The notes beneath the pieces are model-generated. The model saw only the letters and a program-made list of their open reading frames with translations. It was not told the origin of the DNA and did not search any database. Positions 44,949 through 54,023 of a DNA stretch of 64,000 nt are shown piece after piece. The translations under genes were made by a program, and so were the position numbers. The number at the start of each line of letters is the position of its first letter. Position 1 is the stretch's first letter. Origin of the DNA: a virus (lineage: Duplodnaviria; Heunggongvirae; Uroviricota; Caudoviricetes); the IMG/VR virus record IMGVR_UViG_3300028908_000001, positions 1 through 64,000 of that record, one strand, 5' to 3'.

Positions 44949-44974
44949 CAGCTTTCGCGGCGGCTATCTAAGAT
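44945..44974 (+). promoter_or_regulatory. promoter-like TTGACA-N17/18-TAAGAT
   Basis: Its spacer contains GCGGCGGCTATC. Confidence 0.4.
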
Positions 44975-44983
44975 AACACCGAA

Positions 44984-45193
44984 ATGCCATATCGTAGCAT
45001 CGCCGAGTTGCCACCGGCGTTTAAAAACTTTACGAAGAAACAGAAGCGGTGGGTCTTGCCCGTATTGAATGCGCTGCTGCGCATTTACGACGAAGGGAAG
45101 GCCATCAGGATCGCCATAGGATTGCTTAAGAAACACTTCGGGTTGAAGAAGGCCCGGCCGAAGGCCAAGCAGGCGACTGATGGCAATAAGTGA
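44984..45193 (+). CDS. hypothetical small basic protein
   Basis: Preceded by a TTGACA-N17/18-TAAGAT promoter-like element. Confidence 0.45.
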   Translation: MPYRSIAELPPAFKNFTKKQKRWVLPVLNALLRIYDEGKAIRIAIGLLKKHFGLKKARPKAKQATDGNK

Positions 45194-47297
45194 AAACTCG
45201 GTTCCACTGTTCTATGCGACAATTGACAAGGTTGCGGAAGAAGAGGACAAACTTGAGTTTGATGTTGTAGCTTCCACAGATGCGCTGGACAAGGATGGCG
45301 AGATAATCGACCCCGCGGCCATCCGCAAGATGAAATCTGTCCAGCGCGTTCCCTACTGCGTGGCTTCTGACCATCGCGAAGCGCGCATTAATCCTCTCAC
45401 ACAGGTCGGTTGGGCATATCCCATCCCTGATACTCCCGACAATGTTTTCAAGGCTCATGTTGAGTTATGGGCCGACTATCCTCGCGCCAAGGAATACTGG
45501 CTGGTACTTCGCAAAACGTGGCAAGAGCAGAAGGTAAGCATCGGCGGCGAACTTGCGAAGCCGAAGACGGTTGAGTGGAAAGATGGTCGCCGCGTGCGGC
45601 GTATTCATGACATCGATCTTGACCACATTTTGGCTGTGCGTGGCTCGGCGGCTGCCAATCCGGAGACCGCCGTCGAGCTTGACATGCGGAAGGCCCTTTT
45701 CAAGACAGCAGACGAGCTTTATGGCGAGGATGAAGCCGATAAAGAGTGGCACGGTATGAGTGCTGAGACTATCCGTGACAAGATAATAGAACAGATGCTT
45801 CAGAAGTTCCCAGCGGCCAAGAACGCTTGGATCGAAGAGTTATACGAGAATGGCGCTGTCGTGGAAGTGAATACAGGTGATGGAGCTTACTCGTACTACT
45901 GGGTGTCGTATAGCGTCAGTGCTGATGGCGAGGCAAACATTTCGGAACCCGTTCAGGTTCGAAGGGCTTGGCGAGATGAGCATGGCAATTTGATAGCGGG
46001 CGAGAAGACGGTGGCATTAATCGACCGTGCGCGTGGCGAGGGCCAAGGCGTTGGTGGCCCGCGCCAAGGTGACGGCGGCACCGATACATGTGTCTGCCCC
46101 AATTGTGGCTACGAGATGCCGCACGAGCGCGGCACCCCATGTAACGAACTAACATGTCCAGAATGTGGTACAGCAATGGTCGGCAAATCGGAGGCCGAGG
46201 ACATGTGGGACGAATTGGACGAAGCACAAGAGCTTCTTGATGAAGGCAAGGAGTTTGTACCGTTCGATGACGAACTTGAAAAGGCAGCGGCTAATGTTTC
46301 GCTGAAGCCGTGGCGGAAGACTGGCTATGCCAAGAAGCTACCCGCTTCGTGCTTCCTGTACGTGCCCGATCCGAAGAAGCGTTCGACGTGGAAGTTTCCT
46401 GTGTTTGAGGGCGAGGATATGGACCCGAAGACAGGCCGCTATCGCAAGCGCGGCAAGTTGAACTGGAATGCGCTAAGGAATGCGGCCGCGCGGCTGGCGG
46501 CCATCATCAACCGCATCAAGCAGGGCCGCGGCTTTAAGAGTATGAGCCTCGCTGAGGCCCGCAAGATGGTAGCAGTCGTCAAGAAAAAGATAGCAGCCTT
46601 GTACAGGCGCATAGGGAAACCATTACCGGATGTGCTAAAAAAGACCACCGAAGTGGGTGACGAACGCATGAGCGTTGTCCAGCAACTTCTCAAAGTTGTA
46701 AGCGATCTCTTGGGCAAGGATGGCGTCGAAGCAGAGGACGCCATCGAGGAAGCCGCCGAGGCTATTGAAGAAGAGGCCGCGACCACCGAAGAGGCCGAGA
46801 ATACCGAGGCGGCTGCCGAAGAGGAAGTCCAAGAAGAGAAGACCGAAGACAAGGCGTCTGACGACATTGACGCCCGTTTCAAGGCTCTGGAGGAACAGAT
46901 TGCCGCGCTGCGCCAGGTTGTCGAGCAGATGGCTTCGGAAGAGAAGACCGAAGACGCTGCCGAGGAAGACAAGACCGAAGAGGCCGTTGAAGAGGCTTCC
47001 GAGGAAACCGCGGACGAGGCCGAAAGTGAGACTAGTGACGAGCCAGCGGCCGATGATGAGGCCGAGAAGGCTGATGACACGGCGGCCATCGCTGCGGCTC
47101 TTCGCGAAGCGCTGCAGCCGATTGTCGAGCGCATCGAAGGCTTGGAAGAGTCGGTCAAGAAGGTGGCCAAGGCGCGCGGCATTTCTCTCCAGGTCGATAA
47201 GGCCGAGCCGCAGGCTGACGATGCCGAAGAGGAAGATGGTTCACTGATGGCATTCGAGCTGGCCCTACGGCAGTTTACCGGCCGCGATAGCAGCTAG
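45180..47297 (+). CDS. prohead protease (HK97-gp4-like) fused to an acidic coiled-coil scaffold-like region
   Basis: The N-terminal ~180 aa fit the prohead-protease fold. An embedded zinc ribbon CVCPNCGYEMPHERGTPCNELTCPECG is followed by an E/A/K-rich repetitive tail. Confidence 0.7.
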   Translation: MAISENSVPLFYATIDKVAEEEDKLEFDVVASTDALDKDGEIIDPAAIRKMKSVQRVPYCVASDHREARINPLTQVGWAYPIPDTPDNVFKAHVELWADYPRAKEYWLVLRKTWQEQKVSIGGELAKPKTVEWKDGRRVRRIHDIDLDHILAVRGSAAANPETAVELDMRKALFKTADELYGEDEADKEWHGMSAETIRDKIIEQMLQKFPAAKNAWIEELYENGAVVEVNTGDGAYSYYWVSYSVSADGEANISEPVQVRRAWRDEHGNLIAGEKTVALIDRARGEGQGVGGPRQGDGGTDTCVCPNCGYEMPHERGTPCNELTCPECGTAMVGKSEAEDMWDELDEAQELLDEGKEFVPFDDELEKAAANVSLKPWRKTGYAKKLPASCFLYVPDPKKRSTWKFPVFEGEDMDPKTGRYRKRGKLNWNALRNAAARLAAIINRIKQGRGFKSMSLAEARKMVAVVKKKIAALYRRIGKPLPDVLKKTTEVGDERMSVVQQLLKVVSDLLGKDGVEAEDAIEEAAEAIEEEAATTEEAENTEAAAEEEVQEEKTEDKASDDIDARFKALEEQIAALRQVVEQMASEEKTEDAAEEDKTEEAVEEASEETADEAESETSDEPAADDEAEKADDTAAIAAALREALQPIVERIEGLEESVKKVAKARGISLQVDKAEPQADDAEEEDGSLMAFELALRQFTGRDSS

Positions 47298-47321
47298 TAT
47301 AGCTTTTCAATTTACAGGTGA

Positions 47322-48338
47322 ATGATAATGCCGAGTGTTGACAAGGCCACCACTGGCATCACCAATGTTGGCACGCAGGGCAGGCTGAACCCTGCACAAA
47401 TGCGGGAGTTTATCCGCAAGGCGCGTGACCAGCAAGTTATGATTAAGATCGCCCAAGCGCTTCGCGCTGAGGGCGGCAAAGTAATGTGGTCCACCATCGA
47501 CTATGACGAGCCGGTTACCGTCTGGGACAAGTACGGAAGCTCTTGGCCCAGCTACGGTACCACCAGCCCGTCGTTCAGCGGCCAGACGCTTTCCACGCAT
47601 AGCGTCGAGGCTAAGGTCGAGCTGGACAAGGTGGTTCTGCCGCATTGGAATATTGAGCGCGAGGGCATCGAGACCACCATTGTTGACCAGCTTGCCAAGG
47701 CTTTCGGCAATGACCTTGAGCGCGCAGCCATCCTCGCCGATAGCGATGGCACTGACCCGTACAGCGGTGACACTGGCGAAGGTATGCTGACGGCGTTCGA
47801 TGGTTGGTATGAGACCATCCGCACCAGCGGTACAACCTATGACCATGCTGGCGAGAAGGTCAATGCCACGCTGTTCTATGAGATGTGGGAAGCCCTGCCG
47901 CTGAAGTACCGCACGAACCGCAAGGACTATCGGTTCTTTGTGGCACCGGATGTGGCTTCGGCTTGGACTCGCTATCTGGCTTCTGTTGGCCACGCGGCTA
48001 CTTCCGAAGGCTGGGTGGCGAACACGGAGGACGGGCTGGTTCAGTATGCCGCGGGCATTCAGCTTGTTGAAGTGCCCAAGATACCGGTGAATCGCCCTGG
48101 CGTGCTGAGCCAATCTGCTGTGACGACCGGCCAGTATAGCTTCGTTATCCTCACTCGCCCCGAGAACCTTGTGGTTGCATTCGACCCTGAGCTGCAGTGG
48201 GAAGTTGGCGTCGAGTCGGACATCCGCCGCAAGGTTGTGTGGGTGAAGTGTGGGTTTGTGGCTGGCTTGCTGAACCCCGAGGATGCGGTTGTTGGCGTGA
48301 ACGTCTTGCCGCAGCCTGACACCAGCGTGTCTGCCTAG
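47322..48338 (+). CDS. major capsid protein (HK97-fold)
   Basis: 338 aa directly after the protease-scaffold gene, followed by a strong GC hairpin. Confidence 0.8.
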   Translation: MIMPSVDKATTGITNVGTQGRLNPAQMREFIRKARDQQVMIKIAQALRAEGGKVMWSTIDYDEPVTVWDKYGSSWPSYGTTSPSFSGQTLSTHSVEAKVELDKVVLPHWNIEREGIETTIVDQLAKAFGNDLERAAILADSDGTDPYSGDTGEGMLTAFDGWYETIRTSGTTYDHAGEKVNATLFYEMWEALPLKYRTNRKDYRFFVAPDVASAWTRYLASVGHAATSEGWVANTEDGLVQYAAGIQLVEVPKIPVNRPGVLSQSAVTTGQYSFVILTRPENLVVAFDPELQWEVGVESDIRRKVVWVKCGFVAGLLNPEDAVVGVNVLPQPDTSVSA

Positions 48339-48358
48339 TAGTGCAGGTTCGGGCACTG

Positions 48359-48391
48359 GGGAGGCGGGGGCCATAAGGCACCCCGCCTCCC
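48359..48391 (+). terminator. GC-rich hairpin after the major capsid gene (up to 14-bp stem, ATAA loop), no U-tract
   Basis: gggaggcgggggcc-ataa-ggcaccccgcctccc; U-tract-less terminator candidate. Confidence 0.4.
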
Positions 48392-48419
48392 AAACAATCT
48401 AATATAGGAGGACAGAAGA

Positions 48420-48893
48420 ATGCCGTGGTTTATTATCAACAAGCAGGTAGTAGATAGCAAGGTTGGTAGCCGCCGGTTGCGCTTGAAGGGACCTTCGGGG
48501 CAGGCTTATATCTTCGAGGTTGGCAAACCCCTAGAAGTTACCGATCCGCAAGACGCTGCCTATTTTGCTGACCCTGCCAATATTTCCATCCCCACGCCGT
48601 ATGGGGTGTCAATCCCGCAGATTATCGAGTGGGAACCGGAAGGTCCCGAAGGCGAAGCGGTAGCGGCGGCTGTCAATGAGTCAGAACGCTTGCGTGAAGA
48701 GGTTGACTCGCTCAAGTCGGAACTTGCGGAGTTGAAGCAGCTTTTAGTGCAAGCTCTTTCGCAAGATGGCCCCGCGAAGAAGTCGAGTTCCAGCCGCTCA
48801 CGGCGCGGCGGTACTCGCTCGGCAAAGGACACCGGCTCCGCCTCGAAAAAGGAATCTGGACAAGAGTCGGATACCGCGACGCAATCTACTTGA
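48420..48893 (+). CDS. head-associated protein with a Ser/Thr-rich C-terminal tail
   Basis: AGGAGG SD; coiled-coil segment followed by KKSSSSRSRRGGTRSAKDTGSASKKESGQESDTATQST. Confidence 0.6.
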   Translation: MPWFIINKQVVDSKVGSRRLRLKGPSGQAYIFEVGKPLEVTDPQDAAYFADPANISIPTPYGVSIPQIIEWEPEGPEGEAVAAAVNESERLREEVDSLKSELAELKQLLVQALSQDGPAKKSSSSRSRRGGTRSAKDTGSASKKESGQESDTATQST

Positions 48894-49825
48894 TGCAGCA
48901 GGGGCACTTGCTTCTGAAGATGCGGCCCGCCGCGCGTTTCGTTAGTGGCCGCGGCGGGCTGCTATCCCTTGCTGAGTTCCAAGAACAACGGGCTGCGTTC
49001 CTCTGGTGGCCGCTTCCAGCCGAAGACTTGCCACACGTATTGACTATAATACGCAGCGGCGGCTTGGGTGACATCTTGCTCATGCGCCCAGCCATTAGAG
49101 CACTTAAGAAAGCGCGGCCCGATATGACCATCCGCGTCGTCACGGATTGGCCCGAGCTTGCCAATGGCGATGTGAATGACAGCCGCGCGGCTTTCTTTGA
49201 AGGAGAACCGGTGTTGTTTCTCAATGAATGGGTGGAATGGGCACCGCGGCGCTTCGATTTGCACCGCTCGGATATTTTCGCCCGCGGCATGGGACTAATG
49301 GAGTGCCAAGATTATTCCTTCGATGGTGAAGTGCAGATAGACGCCCCGCGGCTGATAGAAGAAGATTACATTGCTCTGCAATATATGGGGTCGAACAAGT
49401 TCCGCTGTCCTTCGGTGGCATGGATGAATGAATTGGCCCTGCGGTTGCCGCTGCCGACGGTGGCTATCGGGGACCGGCCTGTGGCTGCCGAGACTACATA
49501 TAACTTTATCCCATGTGACAAGGAGCGGTTGTTTTCCATTGTGCGCCACGCGCGGCTCGTGATAGCTGGCGACAGCGGCCCGTTTCATCTGGCCCGCGCG
49601 ATGGGCGTACCCTGCATTGGGTTGTACGGCCCGTATCCTGCCGACCTGCGCGTTCGTGACACGTGGCCGACGTGTCGTGTTATCGAGAGCAGATACCCGA
49701 AAGAGAACGCCTGTGGCCCTTGCCAAGAAGCGGGCTATTGTGATAGGCTTGAGAAGGCAGAATGTTTGGATGCCATAGATATTGACGAGGTGCTATCTAT
49801 AGCCCACGAATTGCTTGGTGAATGA
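48893..49825 (+). CDS. glycosyltransferase family 9 (ADP-heptose heptosyltransferase-like)
   Basis: IIRSGGLGDILLMRPAIRALKKARPDMTI and VIAGDSGPFHLARAMGVPCIGLYGP (GT9 hallmark). A TTG at 48890 is an alternative start. Confidence 0.8.
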   Translation: MQQGHLLLKMRPAARFVSGRGGLLSLAEFQEQRAAFLWWPLPAEDLPHVLTIIRSGGLGDILLMRPAIRALKKARPDMTIRVVTDWPELANGDVNDSRAAFFEGEPVLFLNEWVEWAPRRFDLHRSDIFARGMGLMECQDYSFDGEVQIDAPRLIEEDYIALQYMGSNKFRCPSVAWMNELALRLPLPTVAIGDRPVAAETTYNFIPCDKERLFSIVRHARLVIAGDSGPFHLARAMGVPCIGLYGPYPADLRVRDTWPTCRVIESRYPKENACGPCQEAGYCDRLEKAECLDAIDIDEVLSIAHELLGE

Positions 49826-50579
49826 CATGCCGACGGCTGTTATCGAAAAAGCGTGGGATGACTTAATAGAAGAGAACTACGCGACGGCCTCCGACGTGGA
49901 AACGCTGCTCACGGGCATACTGACGGACATCACGGATAGCGATCCCCTTTCGCAGGTGCTTTCCTCGACTGAGCGCACTACATTGATAGCGAGTTATTTG
50001 GATGCCGCGGGCGACGAAGTGCGGAGGCTTGCTGGCCGCGATTTTGGTTACCACGAAGACAAATGGGTGTATGTGGACAGCAGCGGCGTCAACTATATTG
50101 ACTTGGGCAACCGGGGCTTCTGGCCGCTCGTCGAAGTTTCTGATGCTTACTACGTCGATATTTATTCCTCGACGCGCATTACCGATCTTGACGAGTTGCT
50201 TGTCTTCCCCAGCGGGCTAATAGCATGGAAGGGAACAGCAAACTTTGCCAAGGCGGTACATGGCATTAAGCTGAAGATAACATGGGGTTGGGAAGACCCA
50301 CCGGATGAGATTGTGCGGGCGCAGGCGATGTTGGCCGCCGCGCGGCTACTCGAATACATCACTTCCACCAAGAACGTAGACGGCATCGGCGGCGTCCAGG
50401 TCATACAATATGGCGAGATGCAGATACGTCAGTACCAGCAGGGGCGCTTTTGGCAAACCATCAAGTCGTGGCGCGAGCAAGCCGAGAAGATTTGCAAGTC
50501 GTATCGTGGTGTCAAGCTACAGGCCATGCGCGTCTACGATAAGAAAAACTATGGCGAGAGGATACAAGCGTTGCGATGA
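49815..50579 (+). CDS. putative head-tail connector/adaptor protein
   Basis: Position in the head-neck module; 254 aa. Confidence 0.5.
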   Translation: MVNDMPTAVIEKAWDDLIEENYATASDVETLLTGILTDITDSDPLSQVLSSTERTTLIASYLDAAGDEVRRLAGRDFGYHEDKWVYVDSSGVNYIDLGNRGFWPLVEVSDAYYVDIYSSTRITDLDELLVFPSGLIAWKGTANFAKAVHGIKLKITWGWEDPPDEIVRAQAMLAAARLLEYITSTKNVDGIGGVQVIQYGEMQIRQYQQGRFWQTIKSWREQAEKICKSYRGVKLQAMRVYDKKNYGERIQALR

Positions 50580-51151
50580 GCATTCTGATACCGAAGCACC
50601 CGTGTCGCATCTATCGCACCTATGGTGAGCGCAAGCACGACCTGTCGGTGGTGCTGCAAGAGCTTGATATTTATGGTGAAGACAAATGGGGGCGAATGAC
50701 GGCCGACACCACAGAACTGATTCTGCAACCCGAATTGATGACGGATGCACCGATGACGATATTCTTTGAACCAGATGTGGATGTCGAGGCGGGTTATATC
50801 ATAGAGGTCAAGAAAACGATGTACTATGATGGCCGCTTGGTGACGGTAGAGACCACGTTGTCGGCCGCGGCTTTTGCTGGCGATACAACATTGACGGTCG
50901 CCCGCGCTTGGGGCTTTTCCAGCGGCGACATCATCTTGTTATCTTCTGGCGGCAACTACGAACGCACCAAATTACGGAGTGTGGATACGACGACAAAGAC
51001 GCTCACTTTGTACGAGGATTTGGCATTGGAGAACGACTGGGACGTGGGCGCGGCTGTCCGTGCTTCACAGTGGTTTGAAGTTCTGACGGTCAGACATAGC
51101 AGCAGAGTAATTGCCGCGACGTGTCAGCGGATACAGCCGAGGGCGCTATGA
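50576..51151 (+). CDS. putative neck/head-closure protein
   Basis: Operon position. Confidence 0.45.
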   Translation: MSILIPKHPCRIYRTYGERKHDLSVVLQELDIYGEDKWGRMTADTTELILQPELMTDAPMTIFFEPDVDVEAGYIIEVKKTMYYDGRLVTVETTLSAAAFAGDTTLTVARAWGFSSGDIILLSSGGNYERTKLRSVDTTTKTLTLYEDLALENDWDVGAAVRASQWFEVLTVRHSSRVIAATCQRIQPRAL

Positions 51152-51873
51152 GTACGGTATTTGATTATAGTTCTGAGATTGCCAATGGGATACGCAACCT
51201 GCTTCTTGGTCGCGTGCTGTTGAAGGAAGACTACACGGCGGGCGACAACATTGTGAAGGTGGGGCAAGAAGATGTTTACGAAATGCCCGGCGGCTATCTG
51301 TTTCGCAATCGCACCAACGAAGCAAAACTTGTGGAACCCGCTTCGAGCAACAAACCGGGGGCTATCGATCACCAAGAGAATGTAACGATTACGAGCACCA
51401 ATGCGCTGCATGTTATCATACAGCCCGCAACGCAGGATTATACTGTGGCCGCGGGCGCATATCTTGCTCTGCGTACACCACCCATTCCCAATATCAAGGT
51501 CATTTATACAGACCCCCTCGGTGTTACCATCGACGAGATACACGAGAAGCGCTTCCCTGCGGTGGCGATACTGCGCCCGCGGGTGAACTTCCGCCAGGGG
51601 CCGAGCGGCTTTGTCATAGGCAACTACAACTTCATCATACGTTATGCTCGCCTTCATGAAGCGGGGACTGACACGGGCGCGGCCGTCTTGGAAGACACAG
51701 AAGCAATAGTGAACCTATTGGCAGAAGACTGCCATCTGGGTGGTACTGTCGAGGACTCGTCTGTGGTAGGCGTCTCCGAAGTGCGGAATGCCCGCGTGCA
51801 GAGGGGCGTTGTGGTTCATTTTGTGGATATTCACTTGACCGCGCAGCGGTCAGGTATTTATGATAAGTTCTAA
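51148..51873 (+). CDS. putative neck/tail-completion protein
   Basis: ATGA overlap start; operon position. Confidence 0.45.
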   Translation: MSTVFDYSSEIANGIRNLLLGRVLLKEDYTAGDNIVKVGQEDVYEMPGGYLFRNRTNEAKLVEPASSNKPGAIDHQENVTITSTNALHVIIQPATQDYTVAAGAYLALRTPPIPNIKVIYTDPLGVTIDEIHEKRFPAVAILRPRVNFRQGPSGFVIGNYNFIIRYARLHEAGTDTGAAVLEDTEAIVNLLAEDCHLGGTVEDSSVVGVSEVRNARVQRGVVVHFVDIHLTAQRSGIYDKF

Positions 51874-51900
51874 AGAAACGTAACACGGAGGGGACTAATA

Positions 51901-52206
51901 GTGCCAAAGAAGATAGAAGTCCCGTACCATCAGACGACTGATTTAGTGGAGGCCGCCGCGCTGTTGACGCAGCGGGGCTGTCAAATTCTCGATGTGCAGT
52001 GGGCCGATGACAAGAAGGAGATAGTAGCGTGGTTTATATCTCTACGGTCATCGGCGGGCACAAAAGTGGAAGATTTGAATGCATTCTTGGAAGAATTGCA
52101 CGAGCGCAAGGCTTTGGTAGAGCCTTATGCTTTTGCCGCGGCCCTCAGAAAGGCGAAAGCAGCAATGTACGAGCTTATGGATACTAAGAAAGGAGATGGT
52201 TCTTGA
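51901..52206 (+). CDS. hypothetical protein
   Basis: 101-aa ORF. Confidence 0.5.
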   Translation: MPKKIEVPYHQTTDLVEAAALLTQRGCQILDVQWADDKKEIVAWFISLRSSAGTKVEDLNAFLEELHERKALVEPYAFAAALRKAKAAMYELMDTKKGDGS

Positions 52207-52216
52207 GGTGACGTAG

Positions 52217-53182
52217 ATGGGCCTGCAACCAGGTCTGGCGAAACACGCCGCGGTAGGCATCGGCATACAGTCGGACTTTGACACTCCCAATACTTCGGTA
52301 ACGTGGTTGCCGTTCACAGACACATTCGACTTCAACCGCGAAGAGAACGTTGAGGTTCTCGAAGTCGGGGGCGAACTCTCCGATTGGCAGTATCTTACAT
52401 GGTCACCTGGTACACACTTCACTGGCACCATCGCGTTTGCATTGCAGCCCGGTGTTGTCGGGACGCTCTTCCAGTGGGTTCTCGACCGTGACAGTTATAA
52501 TCAGCCCACGTTTGCCACGATTGCAAAGTATGACCCCAAGGAAGGCGTTATCACGGTACAGGATGTGTTGGCGGCCACGGCGGCTCTCACCCTTGACAAG
52601 GGAGCTATAGTCACAATGTCCGTGACGGCCCACGGCCGCAAGGAAGCTGCCACGTCCGCGGCGGCTCCCACATCCAGTGATGTCGTGCGCGGGCTACCAT
52701 ATCTTGTCAAGGAATGCGTACTGCAGGTAGATACTGGCAGCGGTTATACCACCAACGAGACGTTCGAGAACTTAACCATCAACATCGACAACTTGGCAGA
52801 AGACCCTGCTGAGGGCCGCCGGATTGCCGAGGCGGATTACCCGCTGACTATGTACACCACCGGCGGCATGCGTGTAACTGGCACTATCACGCGCGACTAT
52901 ATAGACGACACGTTTGCATCCATTGTAGAAGATCAGCGCAATAACTGGACAGAGAGCACGCCATACAGTTCGCGGATTGCGATTAAGGTGACGGCCACGC
53001 GCGGCAGCAATTCATTGGTAATTGAATTGCCGTATGTGCAATTCACGAGCCGCCGAGTGGATTTGCCTGCTAACACTAATGATCGCTTGCAAGAGGTGTT
53101 GGAGTTCTCGGCCATGACAGACAGCACCGGCACCACGGCCCCGCTGTCGGTGACCATTGACGGCACAACGGTGTATCCGTAG
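52217..53182 (+). CDS. major tail (tube) protein
   Basis: 321 aa, T/S/G-rich beta-type sequence upstream of the chaperones and tape-measure protein. Confidence 0.65.
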   Translation: MGLQPGLAKHAAVGIGIQSDFDTPNTSVTWLPFTDTFDFNREENVEVLEVGGELSDWQYLTWSPGTHFTGTIAFALQPGVVGTLFQWVLDRDSYNQPTFATIAKYDPKEGVITVQDVLAATAALTLDKGAIVTMSVTAHGRKEAATSAAAPTSSDVVRGLPYLVKECVLQVDTGSGYTTNETFENLTINIDNLAEDPAEGRRIAEADYPLTMYTTGGMRVTGTITRDYIDDTFASIVEDQRNNWTESTPYSSRIAIKVTATRGSNSLVIELPYVQFTSRRVDLPANTNDRLQEVLEFSAMTDSTGTTAPLSVTIDGTTVYP

Positions 53183-53186
53183 AACA

Positions 53187-53510
53187 ATGAGCGGACAACC
53201 GAGAATTAGCCTATACAGCACTAAAGACATAACACTTGCCACCGTTTTGGTGTATCGAGGCAGTTGGCTGGTGGCAGTACAAGTCGAGGTGAAATCATTG
53301 CAGCCGCTCCGCACGGAAGCCACGTTTGTGGTGGGGGTGCCGACAACTGAAGATTTGGGGCGGCTGCTTGCTTTATATAATGCTGGTAAGCTCGCGGTGG
53401 AGCCGCGGGCATACGACAGGGCAAAGGCGGAAGTAGTGACGAGGATGCGGATAGCCCGCCGGAATGTCATAAAGGAGGCTAAGGAACGTGAGCAAGGAAG
53501 AACTGATTAA
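53187..53510 (+). CDS. hypothetical tail-module protein
   Basis: 107-aa ORF. Confidence 0.45.
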   Translation: MSGQPRISLYSTKDITLATVLVYRGSWLVAVQVEVKSLQPLRTEATFVVGVPTTEDLGRLLALYNAGKLAVEPRAYDRAKAEVVTRMRIARRNVIKEAKEREQGRTD

Positions 53511-54000
53511 GAAGTATGCGATGCGCCGCGGCGCACAAAAGAAGCGCATAGAATTATATGCCATAGAAGTGGAGACGCGCACTGACGCGGAGGGCAAGAT
53601 ACAGGTAATCACAAGGCGCGAGGACATTTCGCTGGACGGGCGTTTCTACGTTGTTTTTAAGGATGCCACAGCGAGTGAGCGTCGTGCGTTGGAAGCCGCG
53701 GCTGGCAGGAAGCGTTGGGTACGCGAGGGCGACAGGGACATCATAGAGTTTCATGCTTGGGATTTGATAGAAGCCGCGCTGGCGCAGCAACTCATTGTGG
53801 AAATGAAATTGCCGCAGCTCGACGAGGAAGGTAACTTGACGGAGTACCACTTGCCGGAAGGGTATTCGCCCACGCGGGCCATCAACGAAGTCAATAATCG
53901 CTTAACGGGGGCATTAGAAGACGTCTTGGCCCGCATGATACAGGATTACTATTTCGGTGAGGAAGAAGAGGAGATTGTCGAGGAAGCAAAAAACTCCTAG
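53488..54000 (+). CDS. hypothetical tail-module protein
   Basis: GTG start with an AAGGAGG SD. Confidence 0.5.
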   Translation: MSKEELIKKYAMRRGAQKKRIELYAIEVETRTDAEGKIQVITRREDISLDGRFYVVFKDATASERRALEAAAGRKRWVREGDRDIIEFHAWDLIEAALAQQLIVEMKLPQLDEEGNLTEYHLPEGYSPTRAINEVNNRLTGALEDVLARMIQDYYFGEEEEEIVEEAKNS

Positions 54001-54023
54001 AGCGGCTCCTGCCGCAGGGGCGG

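Noticed and set aside
46439-47247. ORFs 46439..47182 (minus, Ser/Ala-rich) and 46720..47247 (plus, Arg/Lys/Pro-rich)
   Set aside because: They are alternative-frame or antisense readings of the repetitive acidic scaffold tail of the protease-scaffold gene.
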